Below are positions 42,848-52,117 of a DNA stretch of 64,000 nucleotides, one piece after another (position 1 is the first letter of the stretch; every line of letters starts with the position of its first letter). The stretch covers positions 32,001-96,000 of the forward strand of contig JBFWJC010000008.1 of NCBI GenBank assembly GCA_050253415.1, in the 5' to 3' direction. The translations under genes were made by a program, and so were the position numbers. Under the pieces are notes generated by a model, which saw nothing but the letters and a program-made list of their open reading frames with translations, did no database searches and was not told the origin of the DNA. The DNA comes from Pedobacter sp. (GTDB taxonomy: Bacteria; Desulfobacterota; Desulfuromonadia; Desulfuromonadales; Syntrophotaleaceae).

Positions 42848-44507
42848 AGTCGGTCTCCCTTGGCACACTATATTCCTGACCGCTTGTAACAGGAATGCGA
42901 AAGCGAAACCGCCCACCCGTTACCTCAGCCCCGGATTCATCAGCATAGGGCGATTCCACCCATATTTCTCCGCCATGAGCTTCAACAACCATTTTGCTGA
43001 ATGTGAGCCCCAATCCGACGCCACGACGTTCGTTGCCACGCTGTACACTCGTCGTATAAAACTTCTCAAAAATAAGGGCCTGTTTCTCTTTGTCTATACC
43101 TTGCCCCTGGTCGTCAATGGTCACAAGTATACAATCCCCATGTTCCGGATCGGACAATTGCTCGGCCTTCACAAAAATTTCGCCTTCGGGAGGGCTGAAA
43201 CGAATGGCGTTTTCCAGAAGATTGACACAGGTACGCTGAATACGACTCCAATCCGCCAACATCCGCACACCGGCACGACCGGGTTGGAAGGATATGTTGA
43301 TTTTCTTGTCGTCGGCTGAAAATCCAACATGCCTGATACTCTCGACAAGCGTGGAATCCATGTCGCCGGGCACCTGGCAAAGATTAACACCCGCACATTC
43401 ATCCAGAAAAATATCAAGAAAGTTCGAAACCATACCGGATAACTTGTGAGTCGAATTCAGGGCCAGGGACACGAGATCGCCGCCCCTGTCGTTAAGAGAG
43501 CCAAGATGCCCGTCCAGCATCAACTCCAGCACCCTCTGGATGGACAAAATCGGGTTGCCCATGTCGTGGGTCAGCATGCCGATCAGGTCCTCCTTCATCT
43601 TTTCTACTTTTTTTTCCTGGGTTACGTCCCGCAATACGGTCACATACCCCATAGCTTCCCGCTTGGTGAGAAAGATTTCCTGAAAGGAGGCATGGGCGTA
43701 AAAAATCTGGCCGTCGGGTTTCAGAACTTCGAAAACCGGCTGAGCGTCAATAATTTCCTGGTGATTTTTGCCAACCAGGTACTCTTTAAACGCTTCCGGC
43801 CTGGCAAAAAGAGAGAATATCGGTTGCCCGACAATAGAGGAGGGTTCACGGCCGAACATTTTGACCGTTGCTTTATTGATCAGAGTAACAATGCCGCCTA
43901 CATCGGTCGATATGATGGCCTCGGAAACGCTGTTGATGATGTTATGCAGATTTTTCTGATAGGCCTTTTGCGACAGATACTTCTGAATAGCCAGAGAGCT
44001 GATGGTTTTAGCGATGGTGCACATGAGGTTCACCGCTGACTGCAGTCTCTGATAACTCATCACCGGCACTTCATGCAATGCCCTGAGGTATCCCGCAATA
44101 TCTTCGACACCGATTCGCTTGGCTGCGTCAATCGCTTCTTCAACGGAGAGGGGTTTTGTCAGGACCTGCCCCATCACCAACGTTGCGACATGATACCCCT
44201 CTACAATAATCGGGGTAGCGCTATCCATGAGACCGGCATTCAGACACTTATAAATAAAGGGCTTACCTATTTTCTTCCCTTCTTCACCACCGAACCTGTC
44301 GCTGGCATAGCACTTTGCCCGCCCTTCCGGGGTCGAACGGCAATAATCTTTACACAGTCGCGAAAAATTGTGCTCGCGCGTGATCGGCTGCCCGGTCAGA
44401 TCGACCAAAACCGAAGCAACACGCGTCGCCTTGGTAAAGTCCCGAACGATCTCCTCCAGTACTTCCTTTTCAATCAGATCGAGGATTTGTATCTGCTGAC
44501 TCGCCAT
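42840..44507 (-). CDS. PocR-PAS sensor histidine kinase (no TM segments seen)
   Basis: PocR motifs NFSRLC..CRSTPEGRAKCYASD, YKCLNAGLMD..PIIVEG..GQV; PAS; THDMGNP; NLLENAIRF, DQGQGI, GVGLGL. Confidence 0.88.
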   Translation of the reverse strand: MASQQIQILDLIEKEVLEEIVRDFTKATRVASVLVDLTGQPITREHNFSRLCKDYCRSTPEGRAKCYASDRFGGEEGKKIGKPFIYKCLNAGLMDSATPIIVEGYHVATLVMGQVLTKPLSVEEAIDAAKRIGVEDIAGYLRALHEVPVMSYQRLQSAVNLMCTIAKTISSLAIQKYLSQKAYQKNLHNIINSVSEAIISTDVGGIVTLINKATVKMFGREPSSIVGQPIFSLFARPEAFKEYLVGKNHQEIIDAQPVFEVLKPDGQIFYAHASFQEIFLTKREAMGYVTVLRDVTQEKKVEKMKEDLIGMLTHDMGNPILSIQRVLELMLDGHLGSLNDRGGDLVSLALNSTHKLSGMVSNFLDIFLDECAGVNLCQVPGDMDSTLVESIRHVGFSADDKKINISFQPGRAGVRMLADWSRIQRTCVNLLENAIRFSPPEGEIFVKAEQLSDPEHGDCILVTIDDQGQGIDKEKQALIFEKFYTTSVQRGNERRGVGLGLTFSKMVVEAHGGEIWVESPYADESGAEVTGGRFRFRIPVTSGQEYSVPRETDYE

Positions 44508-44625
44508 TCCAGCTCCTTAGTCCGCCAACTGAAGGTTTGACACCCCGCCGGCCAGATATCTTCCCATGAGTTATTGATAGCATGAGACCCACTACCGGCC
44601 AAAGTAAAATGTCGTTTACAGCATA

Positions 44626-44725
44626 GGGGTGACGCCGATTATCACTATTTCGGGGGACAAAATGAAGGATTGCGGGGGACAACCTGGAGGGGGTGACATG
44701 CAAGTTCACTATTACGGGGGACAAA
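44626..44725. repeat. Direct-repeat array in the divergent promoter (putative operator sites)
   Basis: GGGGTGAC-N8-TCACTATTWCGGGGGACAAA at 44626-44661 and 44690-44725; third CGGGGGACAA at 44673-44682. Confidence 0.8.
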
Positions 44726-44899
44726 TATAGCATCTTGTAGCGATTGTTATTCAGCCCTCCCTAACATACAAATAAGGTGCGCGCAAAAAGAAACGACCCG
44801 AATTCAGACTTTGCAAAGAAAGACGTACGTCAACCAATTATTTTATTTAATTCGCTACGTTCGTATCACATTTAAGGGCATCCAGGAAAGGGAAAAACC

Positions 44900-45865
44900 A
44901 TGGCTCCTTGGTCTGTAGACACGTTATTACTTTGCTTTGGTGGCGGTATCGTCGGTGCAGCTCTCGGCGGACTGTTTTCTTTCAGCATTTGCGGCCTGAT
45001 TGTTCTGGCCGGTTGCTTCGTCATCTTTAACGGCGGTTCAGAGTTCCTGCTCATGCAGGTCGGACTGGGTCCCCTTTTTGGGCCTCACACCGGCGGCTTT
45101 GTAGCCGGAGTCGCTGCCGTAGCCTACGCTGCCGGTATCAAAAAAAACCTTCCGAGCGGCAGCGGCAAGGACATCCTTTCGCCGCTTATCGGTACCTCCT
45201 GGGATGTACTGCTGGTCGGAGGGGTGTTCGCGGTCTTTGGTCATGTGCTGCTGCAACTGCTGGTCAAAATTCCGTTTGTCAACATGGCGGACTGCATCGC
45301 ACTTACAGTCGTCATCACCCAGTGTGTTGCGCGCCTGCTGTTCTTGAAAGAAATGCCATGGGGTAATGGCGCATCAATTCGCGCCCATGGCTTCCTGGGC
45401 ACCAACGATGGAGCACTGTCCTGGGTCCCATGGATGGCACAACCTGCCCGCCTGATCGTGTTCAGCTTTGGCGTCGGCCTGTTATCGGCCGCTATGGCCA
45501 TGGGCACCAAAAACGTCCTCGACCCCATGGTTGTTCAAGGCACCGTCTCGGCTACCGGCGCCTTCGTGGTGCCCCTGATCTTTGCCTGGGGCATTGCCGC
45601 CATCAGCCTGATCGGTCTGCAGTTGGGTACCGGCGAAATCCAGAAGTTACCTGTCTGGCACTGCCAGGCCATCCTCAGCGCCCTGGCTTTCCTGTTGTTC
45701 AACTCCCTGGTGTTGGCAGCCATTGTCGGCATCCTGGCCGGTCTGCTGCAGGAACTGGTAGCACGAGCCATGTGGAACCACGGGTCTACCCATATCGATC
45801 CGCCAGCCGGCGCCATTGCAGTCGGCACCCTGATCCTCAACCTGGCACACGGCTTCATTAAGTAA
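44900..45865 (+). CDS. Uncharacterised polytopic membrane protein (putative small-solute channel/transporter)
   Basis: About 9-10 Gly/Ala-rich hydrophobic segments; motifs FGPHTGGF, GKDI, HIDPPA; first gene of GRE operon. Confidence 0.75.
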   Translation: MAPWSVDTLLLCFGGGIVGAALGGLFSFSICGLIVLAGCFVIFNGGSEFLLMQVGLGPLFGPHTGGFVAGVAAVAYAAGIKKNLPSGSGKDILSPLIGTSWDVLLVGGVFAVFGHVLLQLLVKIPFVNMADCIALTVVITQCVARLLFLKEMPWGNGASIRAHGFLGTNDGALSWVPWMAQPARLIVFSFGVGLLSAAMAMGTKNVLDPMVVQGTVSATGAFVVPLIFAWGIAAISLIGLQLGTGEIQKLPVWHCQAILSALAFLLFNSLVLAAIVGILAGLLQELVARAMWNHGSTHIDPPAGAIAVGTLILNLAHGFIK

Positions 45866-45998
45866 CTCGGAAATACCCGGCGGGCAACCCCGCTAAACCG
45901 ATTATCCGATTTTTGCAGCACATACACAGCATCCGGCAGAGCACATAGTGCCTGCCAGATAAAAACAGACATCTCAAAAACCCTCAAAAGGAGGAAAC

Positions 45999-48398
45999 AT
46001 GTCTACCAAAGTAAAAGTTAACCCTGTCGTCGCTACTCAGGGCCCCACCGAACGCGTCGAGAAAATCAAGGCTAGATTCCTGGCTACAACTCCGGAAATC
46101 TGCGCCGAACGTGCCAAGCTCATCACCGAATCCTACAAGGAGACCGAAGGCCTGCCCATGACTACCCGGCGCGCCAAAGCGTTGGAAAAAATCCTCATGG
46201 GGATGTCGATCTACATTGAAGACGATGAATTGATTGTAGGCAACCAGTGCAGCATGCCCCGCTCCGCTCCCGTTTATCCTGAATTCTCCTGCGAGTGGCT
46301 GGAAGCCGAACTTGACCGTCTTGCCAAACGCACGGCCGATGTCTTCCTGATCAGCGAAGACGTCAAGCAGACTTTGCGTGAAGATGTTTTCCCCTACTGG
46401 AAAGGCAAAACCAACCAGGAGATCGCCACGGCATTGATGAAGCAGGAAGCCATCGATGCAGGCAACGCGGTTGTCTACACCGTCGGCAACTACTACTTCA
46501 ACGGCGTCGGTCACATTTCGGCTAACTACGGCAAGGTCATGAGCCAGGGCCTCAACGCCGTTATCGCCGAAGCCGAAGCAGCCAAGGCAAAATTCGACTA
46601 CGCCGATGCACACCAAATGAAGTCGCTGCACTTTCTGGAGTCGACCATCATCGCCAACAAGGCTGTCATCGCTTTCGCCAATCGGTATGCCGATGAAGCC
46701 GATCGTCTGGCCGCGGCCGAGAAGGACGCCGCCCGTAAAGCCGAACTGCTTGAGATCGCCCGCATCTGCCGCAAGGTGCCTGCGCAACCGGCAGAAACCT
46801 TCCAGGAAGCAGTACAGGCATTCTGGTTCATCCACCTGGTCATCCAGCTCGAATCGAACGGTCACTCCATCTCGCCGATGCGTTTCGACCAGTACTGCTA
46901 CCCCTTCTATGCAGCAAGCAAAGACTCCATGTCGGACGCAAAGGTCCAGGAACTGCTCGACCTGATGTGGCTCAAGCTCAACGGCCTGAACAAGGTTCGC
47001 GACGAAAACTCCACCATGGCTTTTGCCGGCTACCCGATGTTCATGAACATCATTGTCGGCGGCGTGGACCGCGAAGGCAAAGACGCCACCAACGAACTGT
47101 CGCTGATGCTTCTGCAGGCAGCGGCCAACACCAAACTCTATGCCCCTTCCCTGTCGGTTCGTATCCACGAAGGGACTGCGGATGAGCTGTACATGAAGGC
47201 CGCCGAAGTCAGCCGCATGGGTCTTGGCGTTCCGGCTTTCTTCAACGACCGCACCATCATTCCGGCCCTTCTGTCCCGTGGCCTGACCCTGGAAGACGCG
47301 CGCGACTACGGCATCATCGGTTGCGTCGAGCCCCAGGTCGGCGGCAAGACCGAAGGCTGGCATGACGCCGCCTTCTTCAACATGGCCAAGGTTATCGAGC
47401 TTACCCTCAATAACGGCTACGACAAGCGCACTGCCATGCAGGTTGGTCCCCAGACCGGCGCCGTTACCGAAATGAAGTCTTTCGACGACGTTATGGCCGC
47501 CTATACCAAGCAAATGGAATACTTCGTTGGCTTGATGTGCCACGCCGACAACATGGTTGATCTGGCCCATGGTCAAAATGTGCCCCTGCCCTTCCTTTCC
47601 AGCCTGGTTGAAGACTGCATCGGTCGCGGCAAGTCGCTGCAGGAAGGTGGCGCCATCTACAACTTCAGCGGCCCGCAAGGCGTTGGCGTCGCAAACGCCG
47701 GGGATGCCCTGACCGCTATCAAGAAGCTGTGCTTCGATGAAAAGGTCATCAGCCTGCCGGAACTGAAAGAGGTTCTCGACAAGGACTTCGAAGGCGCTGA
47801 AAACATCCGCCAGATGCTCGTCAACCGTGCTCCCAAATATGGCAACGACGATGACTACGCGGATGAAATCGCCGTCGAATCGGCCAACATCTACTGCCGC
47901 GAAGTCAACAAGTACCACAACCCCCGTGGCGGTCAGTTCCAGCCCGGTCTCTACCCGGCATCTGCCAACGTACCTTTTGGTGGCGTGGTTGAGGCAACCC
48001 CGGACGGCCGCAAAAAAGGCACTCCTCTGGCCGACGGCGTTTCCCCCATCGGAGGTTTCGATATCTCCGGTCCGACCGCAACGGTTAACTCCGTCGCCAA
48101 GCTCGACCATGAAGTCACCTCCAACGGCACCCTGCTCAACCAGAAGTTCCATCCCAACGCCGTGAAGGGTGAAGAAGGTCTGCGTAACCTTATCGCCGTT
48201 ACCGAAACCTACTTCAAAAATGGCGGGTTCCATGTGCAGTACAACGTCATCGACCGGAAAACCCTGGAGAAAGCCCAGGAAAAACCGGAAGAATTCGCCA
48301 GCCTGGTGGTTCGCGTAGCCGGCTACAGCGCCTTCTTTACCGCGCTGGATAAATCTCTGCAGGATGACATCATGTCCCGCACCGAGCAGGTCTTCTAA
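45999..48398 (+). CDS. Glycyl radical enzyme, B12-independent glycerol/1,2-propanediol dehydratase clade
   Basis: IGCVEP (C442/E444), RVAGYS (G775), NGVGH, SNGHS, GWHD, GLYP; AGGAGG RBS. Confidence 0.9.
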   Translation: MSTKVKVNPVVATQGPTERVEKIKARFLATTPEICAERAKLITESYKETEGLPMTTRRAKALEKILMGMSIYIEDDELIVGNQCSMPRSAPVYPEFSCEWLEAELDRLAKRTADVFLISEDVKQTLREDVFPYWKGKTNQEIATALMKQEAIDAGNAVVYTVGNYYFNGVGHISANYGKVMSQGLNAVIAEAEAAKAKFDYADAHQMKSLHFLESTIIANKAVIAFANRYADEADRLAAAEKDAARKAELLEIARICRKVPAQPAETFQEAVQAFWFIHLVIQLESNGHSISPMRFDQYCYPFYAASKDSMSDAKVQELLDLMWLKLNGLNKVRDENSTMAFAGYPMFMNIIVGGVDREGKDATNELSLMLLQAAANTKLYAPSLSVRIHEGTADELYMKAAEVSRMGLGVPAFFNDRTIIPALLSRGLTLEDARDYGIIGCVEPQVGGKTEGWHDAAFFNMAKVIELTLNNGYDKRTAMQVGPQTGAVTEMKSFDDVMAAYTKQMEYFVGLMCHADNMVDLAHGQNVPLPFLSSLVEDCIGRGKSLQEGGAIYNFSGPQGVGVANAGDALTAIKKLCFDEKVISLPELKEVLDKDFEGAENIRQMLVNRAPKYGNDDDYADEIAVESANIYCREVNKYHNPRGGQFQPGLYPASANVPFGGVVEATPDGRKKGTPLADGVSPIGGFDISGPTATVNSVAKLDHEVTSNGTLLNQKFHPNAVKGEEGLRNLIAVTETYFKNGGFHVQYNVIDRKTLEKAQEKPEEFASLVVRVAGYSAFFTALDKSLQDDIMSRTEQVF

Positions 48399-48422
48399 GC
48401 TGCTTATCTTGTTGTAACACTT

Positions 48423-48452
48423 GGGGGCCGGATACATCCGGATCCGGCCCCC
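48423..48452 (+). other. GC-rich intercistronic hairpin between GRE and activase
   Basis: GGGGGCCGGAT-N8-ATCCGGCCCCC, 11-bp perfect stem, no U-tract. Confidence 0.75.
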
Positions 48453-48497
48453 GCCCCACCTGGTAATACGGTTAAACCGAACACCTGGAGAACAACC

Positions 48498-49466
48498 ATG
48501 AACTGGAGAGAAAAGGTCCTTGATTTTGACAACATCGGCGATCGTGGCGAAGGGCTGAAGGGATTGATTTTCGATGTTCAGAAGTTCGCTATCCACGATG
48601 GCGGGGGTATCCGCACCAATGTTTTCCTTAAAGGATGCCCGCTGCAATGCCTGTGGTGCTCGAACCCTGAATCCCTGGCATCCAAGCCGGAAATCACCTT
48701 CGTGACCAACAACTGCATTGGCTGTGGCAAATGCCTGGAGGTATGTCCGGCAGGAGCCATCCGTCAAGGAGAAACAGCCGGTGAAGACATCATCATCGAC
48801 CGGGAGCGCTGCACCCTGTGCGGCCAGTGTGCAAAACACTGCTACGCAGGAGCCATCAACATTATCGGACGGTATGTTTCCGTTCCCGAACTGATGCAGA
48901 TCATCGAGCGTGACCGCAAATTTTATGAGCAGAGCGGCGGCGGAGTCACCTTTTCAGGTGGGGAACCAACCGCACAGCCGGAATTCCTTAAAGCGGCCCT
49001 GGCAGAAATCCAGAAACGCGGTATTCACACTGCCATAGAAACCAGTTCACTTTTACCCTGGGATATTTACGTTTCGATCCTGAAGCACGTCGACCTGGTG
49101 CTGAGCGACATCAAGCACATGGACGATGCCGAGCATAAGCGCCTCACCGGGGTTTCCAACCAACTGATTCTCGATAATATTCGCAACATCTCCAAGCTCG
49201 GTATCCCGGTAAAGATTCGTCTGCCATTGATTCCCGGCATCAACGATTCCGACCGTAATCTCGAAGCCACCGCCGAATTTGTGGAGCAATTGAGCAATGT
49301 ACAGTCGCTCGACATTCTGCCCTATCACCGTCTGGGTGAAATGAAATACCGACAACTGGATCTCAGTTACCCCTTAAAGGGTGTGGAATCGCCAACGGTT
49401 GAACACGTTGAAGAGCGAATCCGCGCTCTCCGGGAAAGGGGATTAAACATTTCCGTCGGCGGGTAG
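48498..49466 (+). CDS. Glycyl-radical enzyme activase with ferredoxin-like insertion
   Basis: HDGGGIRT..FLKGCPLQCLWCSNPES, CIGCGKCLEVCP and CTLCGQCAKHC, GGVTFSGGEP, LPYHRLG. Confidence 0.95.
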   Translation: MNWREKVLDFDNIGDRGEGLKGLIFDVQKFAIHDGGGIRTNVFLKGCPLQCLWCSNPESLASKPEITFVTNNCIGCGKCLEVCPAGAIRQGETAGEDIIIDRERCTLCGQCAKHCYAGAINIIGRYVSVPELMQIIERDRKFYEQSGGGVTFSGGEPTAQPEFLKAALAEIQKRGIHTAIETSSLLPWDIYVSILKHVDLVLSDIKHMDDAEHKRLTGVSNQLILDNIRNISKLGIPVKIRLPLIPGINDSDRNLEATAEFVEQLSNVQSLDILPYHRLGEMKYRQLDLSYPLKGVESPTVEHVEERIRALRERGLNISVGG

Positions 49467-49561
49467 CACCTGTTCCATCGTTTCACAGATACCATTTAAT
49501 TTTTTTATGAGTAGTTATTCCTCGCAAGTAACGATCTTTTTTATCTAGGAGGTAAAAGGAT

Positions 49562-50824
49562 ATGCCAACGTTCAAGCAACTATTCTGTGTTCTTGCCGCA
49601 GCCGCGACCCTGTTCGCGGCCTGCCCTGCTGATGCCGCTTTCGTTGTCGGAGGCAGTGACGGCTGGTCGTTCAGCACCGACGGCAACGTCAACCTGTTTT
49701 TGCGCTACACCACGGCCGACCAACGGCCGGACAATGTTCACAGCGCCTTTTATACCCTGTCCGATGACCAGGATTCCTTCCGTACCCGCAGCGGCTTTTT
49801 GCCCGGCGTACTGGCCTTCAACATCAAGGCACCGACCATGGGTGGACTCGACATGGCGGCACGGGTCGGCTTTTACCCCAATCCCCAAAATGGTAATACC
49901 AAAAACAGCTTCAGCGGACAGATCGACCTGCGCGAGATCTTCTTCACTGTTGACGGCAACTTCGGCCAGTTCCTGGTCGGTAAAGCCTTCAGCTTGTTCC
50001 AGGGCCAGAACTGCCTGACCGGCATGTCGGTCTACGGATTCGGCATCGAAGGTGCTGTGTCCGGCGGCGGCGCAACCCTTGGCAACATCGGTTATGGCTA
50101 CATCTACCCCCAGTTCAATGCCCAATTGCGTTACACCACCCCCGATATGAACGGCTTTAAACTGGCCGTTGCGATTCACGACCCCTCCCAGATTAATGGC
50201 TCGGGCGTCGGCCTCGATTCAAACGTTTACAATCCGTCCGCCGTTGAAACCAATACCCCGCGCTGGGAAGGCGAACTCTCCTATGCCGGCATCTATGCCG
50301 ACGGTGACGGCACCTTCAAATCCTGGGTCAGCGGTCTGTACCAGAATGCCAAATTCGCCAAAGACAGCGCGTTTGATGGCGACGTGACCGCCTGGGGTGT
50401 AGCCGGTGGCGTACAGGTCGGCTACAAAGCCTACGAGTTGGTCGCTTCGGCCTTCACCGGCGAGGCCCTTGGTTCAACTCTGATGCTTGACTACGACTCT
50501 CTCGATTTTACCGGCGAAGAGCGTGAAGGTTACGGTTACCTGCTGCAAGGTACCTACACCTGGGATAACCGTTTCGGGAAAACCAAATTCGGCATCTGCT
50601 ACGGCGCCAACCGCATGGAGGAAACCTCCGCCGAAAAGGTGGTCCGTGCCGCAACCGATAATGGCGAATTGAAACAACAAGACGTCATCACCGTGGGCGT
50701 TTTCCACGATATCAATCCTCACCTCAAATTGGTGCTGGAATACAATCGTGCCAATGTCGAATGGTTCAACGGCGGCAAACAGGAAGTCGACATCATCGGC
50801 CTGGGTACCTTCTTCATGTGGTAA
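49562..50824 (+). CDS. Outer-membrane porin
   Basis: Signal peptide (..PADA/AF), alternating beta-strand pattern, C-terminal aromatic LGTFFMW. Confidence 0.82.
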   Translation: MPTFKQLFCVLAAAATLFAACPADAAFVVGGSDGWSFSTDGNVNLFLRYTTADQRPDNVHSAFYTLSDDQDSFRTRSGFLPGVLAFNIKAPTMGGLDMAARVGFYPNPQNGNTKNSFSGQIDLREIFFTVDGNFGQFLVGKAFSLFQGQNCLTGMSVYGFGIEGAVSGGGATLGNIGYGYIYPQFNAQLRYTTPDMNGFKLAVAIHDPSQINGSGVGLDSNVYNPSAVETNTPRWEGELSYAGIYADGDGTFKSWVSGLYQNAKFAKDSAFDGDVTAWGVAGGVQVGYKAYELVASAFTGEALGSTLMLDYDSLDFTGEEREGYGYLLQGTYTWDNRFGKTKFGICYGANRMEETSAEKVVRAATDNGELKQQDVITVGVFHDINPHLKLVLEYNRANVEWFNGGKQEVDIIGLGTFFMW

Positions 50825-50845
50825 GAAGTTAATCGGGTAACTCAA

Positions 50846-50884
50846 GTGGCCCGTTCCGGATTTTTTTCGGAACGGGCTACTTAC
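50846..50884 (+). terminator. Hairpin ending the GRE operon
   Basis: GTGGCCCGTTCCG...CGGAACGGGCTAC; weak U-tract. Confidence 0.6.
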
Positions 50885-51175
50885 TCTCGCGGTGCAAGGA
50901 AGCCACAATTCACCCGATATGCCTGCATCAGAAGCTCACGGACTCGAAGTCCCCCCACGCGTCATTGAGCTTATCGACACCGAAGAAAAACGCCCTAAAG
51001 GTGTTCCCTTTGTTAAGCAGATTACGAAAACCGGTGCCAGGACCATGAGGATGCCGATAGTCTTTTTAACCAAGGAGAGTGATTTGCTCACCAAAAAGCC
51101 AACCTCTGACGGATATTCAGCCAACAGCTTGACCTTGTTATGAACGGGTCGGGGTTCAGCCAACGAGGAAAGTCC

Positions 51176-51844
51176 ATGGACGATAAATTACCTGACGCCC
51201 CGATAAATTCGTTAACACGCGATGGCCTGAAACACTTTAAAAACGGTGATTGCGACAAGGCCTTAACCGCATTTGGTGAAGCAGCTTCTCTGTGCAGGCA
51301 AACGGGCAATGTTGCCGGCGAGGCACATCAGCAAATGCTTGTCGCGGATATCTATGGGGCCACCAAGCAGCTGGAAAAGGCACTGGAAGCCTACCATCGG
51401 GTTATTTCCCTGCTTATCGATATCGGCGACAAGGCCGGTATCGCTGCCGTACAGAATAACATCGGACTGCTGTTGGCACGCCTGCAGCGGTTTGACGAAG
51501 CCATGATGGTTTTCAAAGATGCCGAGCAGAATTTTATTGCCTGCAGTGAACCGGAGCGTGCCGCAGAACAATTGGCCAACATGGGGTCGGTCAGCCGTGA
51601 TCGTCAAGATTACCTTCGGGCCCTTGATTACTATCGTCAGGCTTTGCAAGTGTTTGAGAAATTGGATCAACTCAGTAGCGTCGCCGACCAGCACGCCAAT
51701 ATCGGTTACATTCTTGCCCTGACGAACGATAAAGATGCCGGTCTGACCCATTTTGATAGCGCCCTGGATCTATACAAAAAGTTCGATAATGCCGCCAAGA
51801 TTACGCAGACGCTAAAAAACATCGAGCTTCTTCAGGCTGAGTAA
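51176..51844 (+). CDS. Tetratricopeptide repeat protein
   Basis: Repeated NNIG/ANMG/ANIG..AL..Y..AL helical units; GAGGA RBS. Confidence 0.85.
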   Translation: MDDKLPDAPINSLTRDGLKHFKNGDCDKALTAFGEAASLCRQTGNVAGEAHQQMLVADIYGATKQLEKALEAYHRVISLLIDIGDKAGIAAVQNNIGLLLARLQRFDEAMMVFKDAEQNFIACSEPERAAEQLANMGSVSRDRQDYLRALDYYRQALQVFEKLDQLSSVADQHANIGYILALTNDKDAGLTHFDSALDLYKKFDNAAKITQTLKNIELLQAE

Positions 51845-52117
51845 AAAATCACCGACGCAAGCTCTGTTTATCATCAGGCCAAAGATCAATTTTCCGGAGA
51901 TGTCTGGCCTTTTTCAGCGGTTCAGTGATCCGGGCAACAGAATCACTATCGGCCTGGCAGAACCTATTGACGATGCCCTGATCCCCACACGACGGAGACA
52001 TGGCCCTGGTCGCTGGTTGTGGCACCAGAACAATATCCCATAATCCAGGTGGCAAACGCGAACCCGGCCTGCGATAACCTGCCACCCTGTTTGAAGAACC
52101 GCCTAAAAGGATGGATC

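Noticed and set aside
44626..44725. Mini CRISPR array
   Set aside because: Only two imperfect units with a variable core and no cas genes; better explained as operator sites
45999..48398. Pyruvate formate-lyase call for the GRE
   Set aside because: It has the single-Cys GCVEP motif of eliminases rather than the adjacent Cys-Cys pair of PFL, and its activase has a ferredoxin insertion
45984..48839. 951-aa minus-strand ORF
   Set aside because: Antisense shadow of the GRE and activase genes arising from biased codon usage; no recognisable motifs
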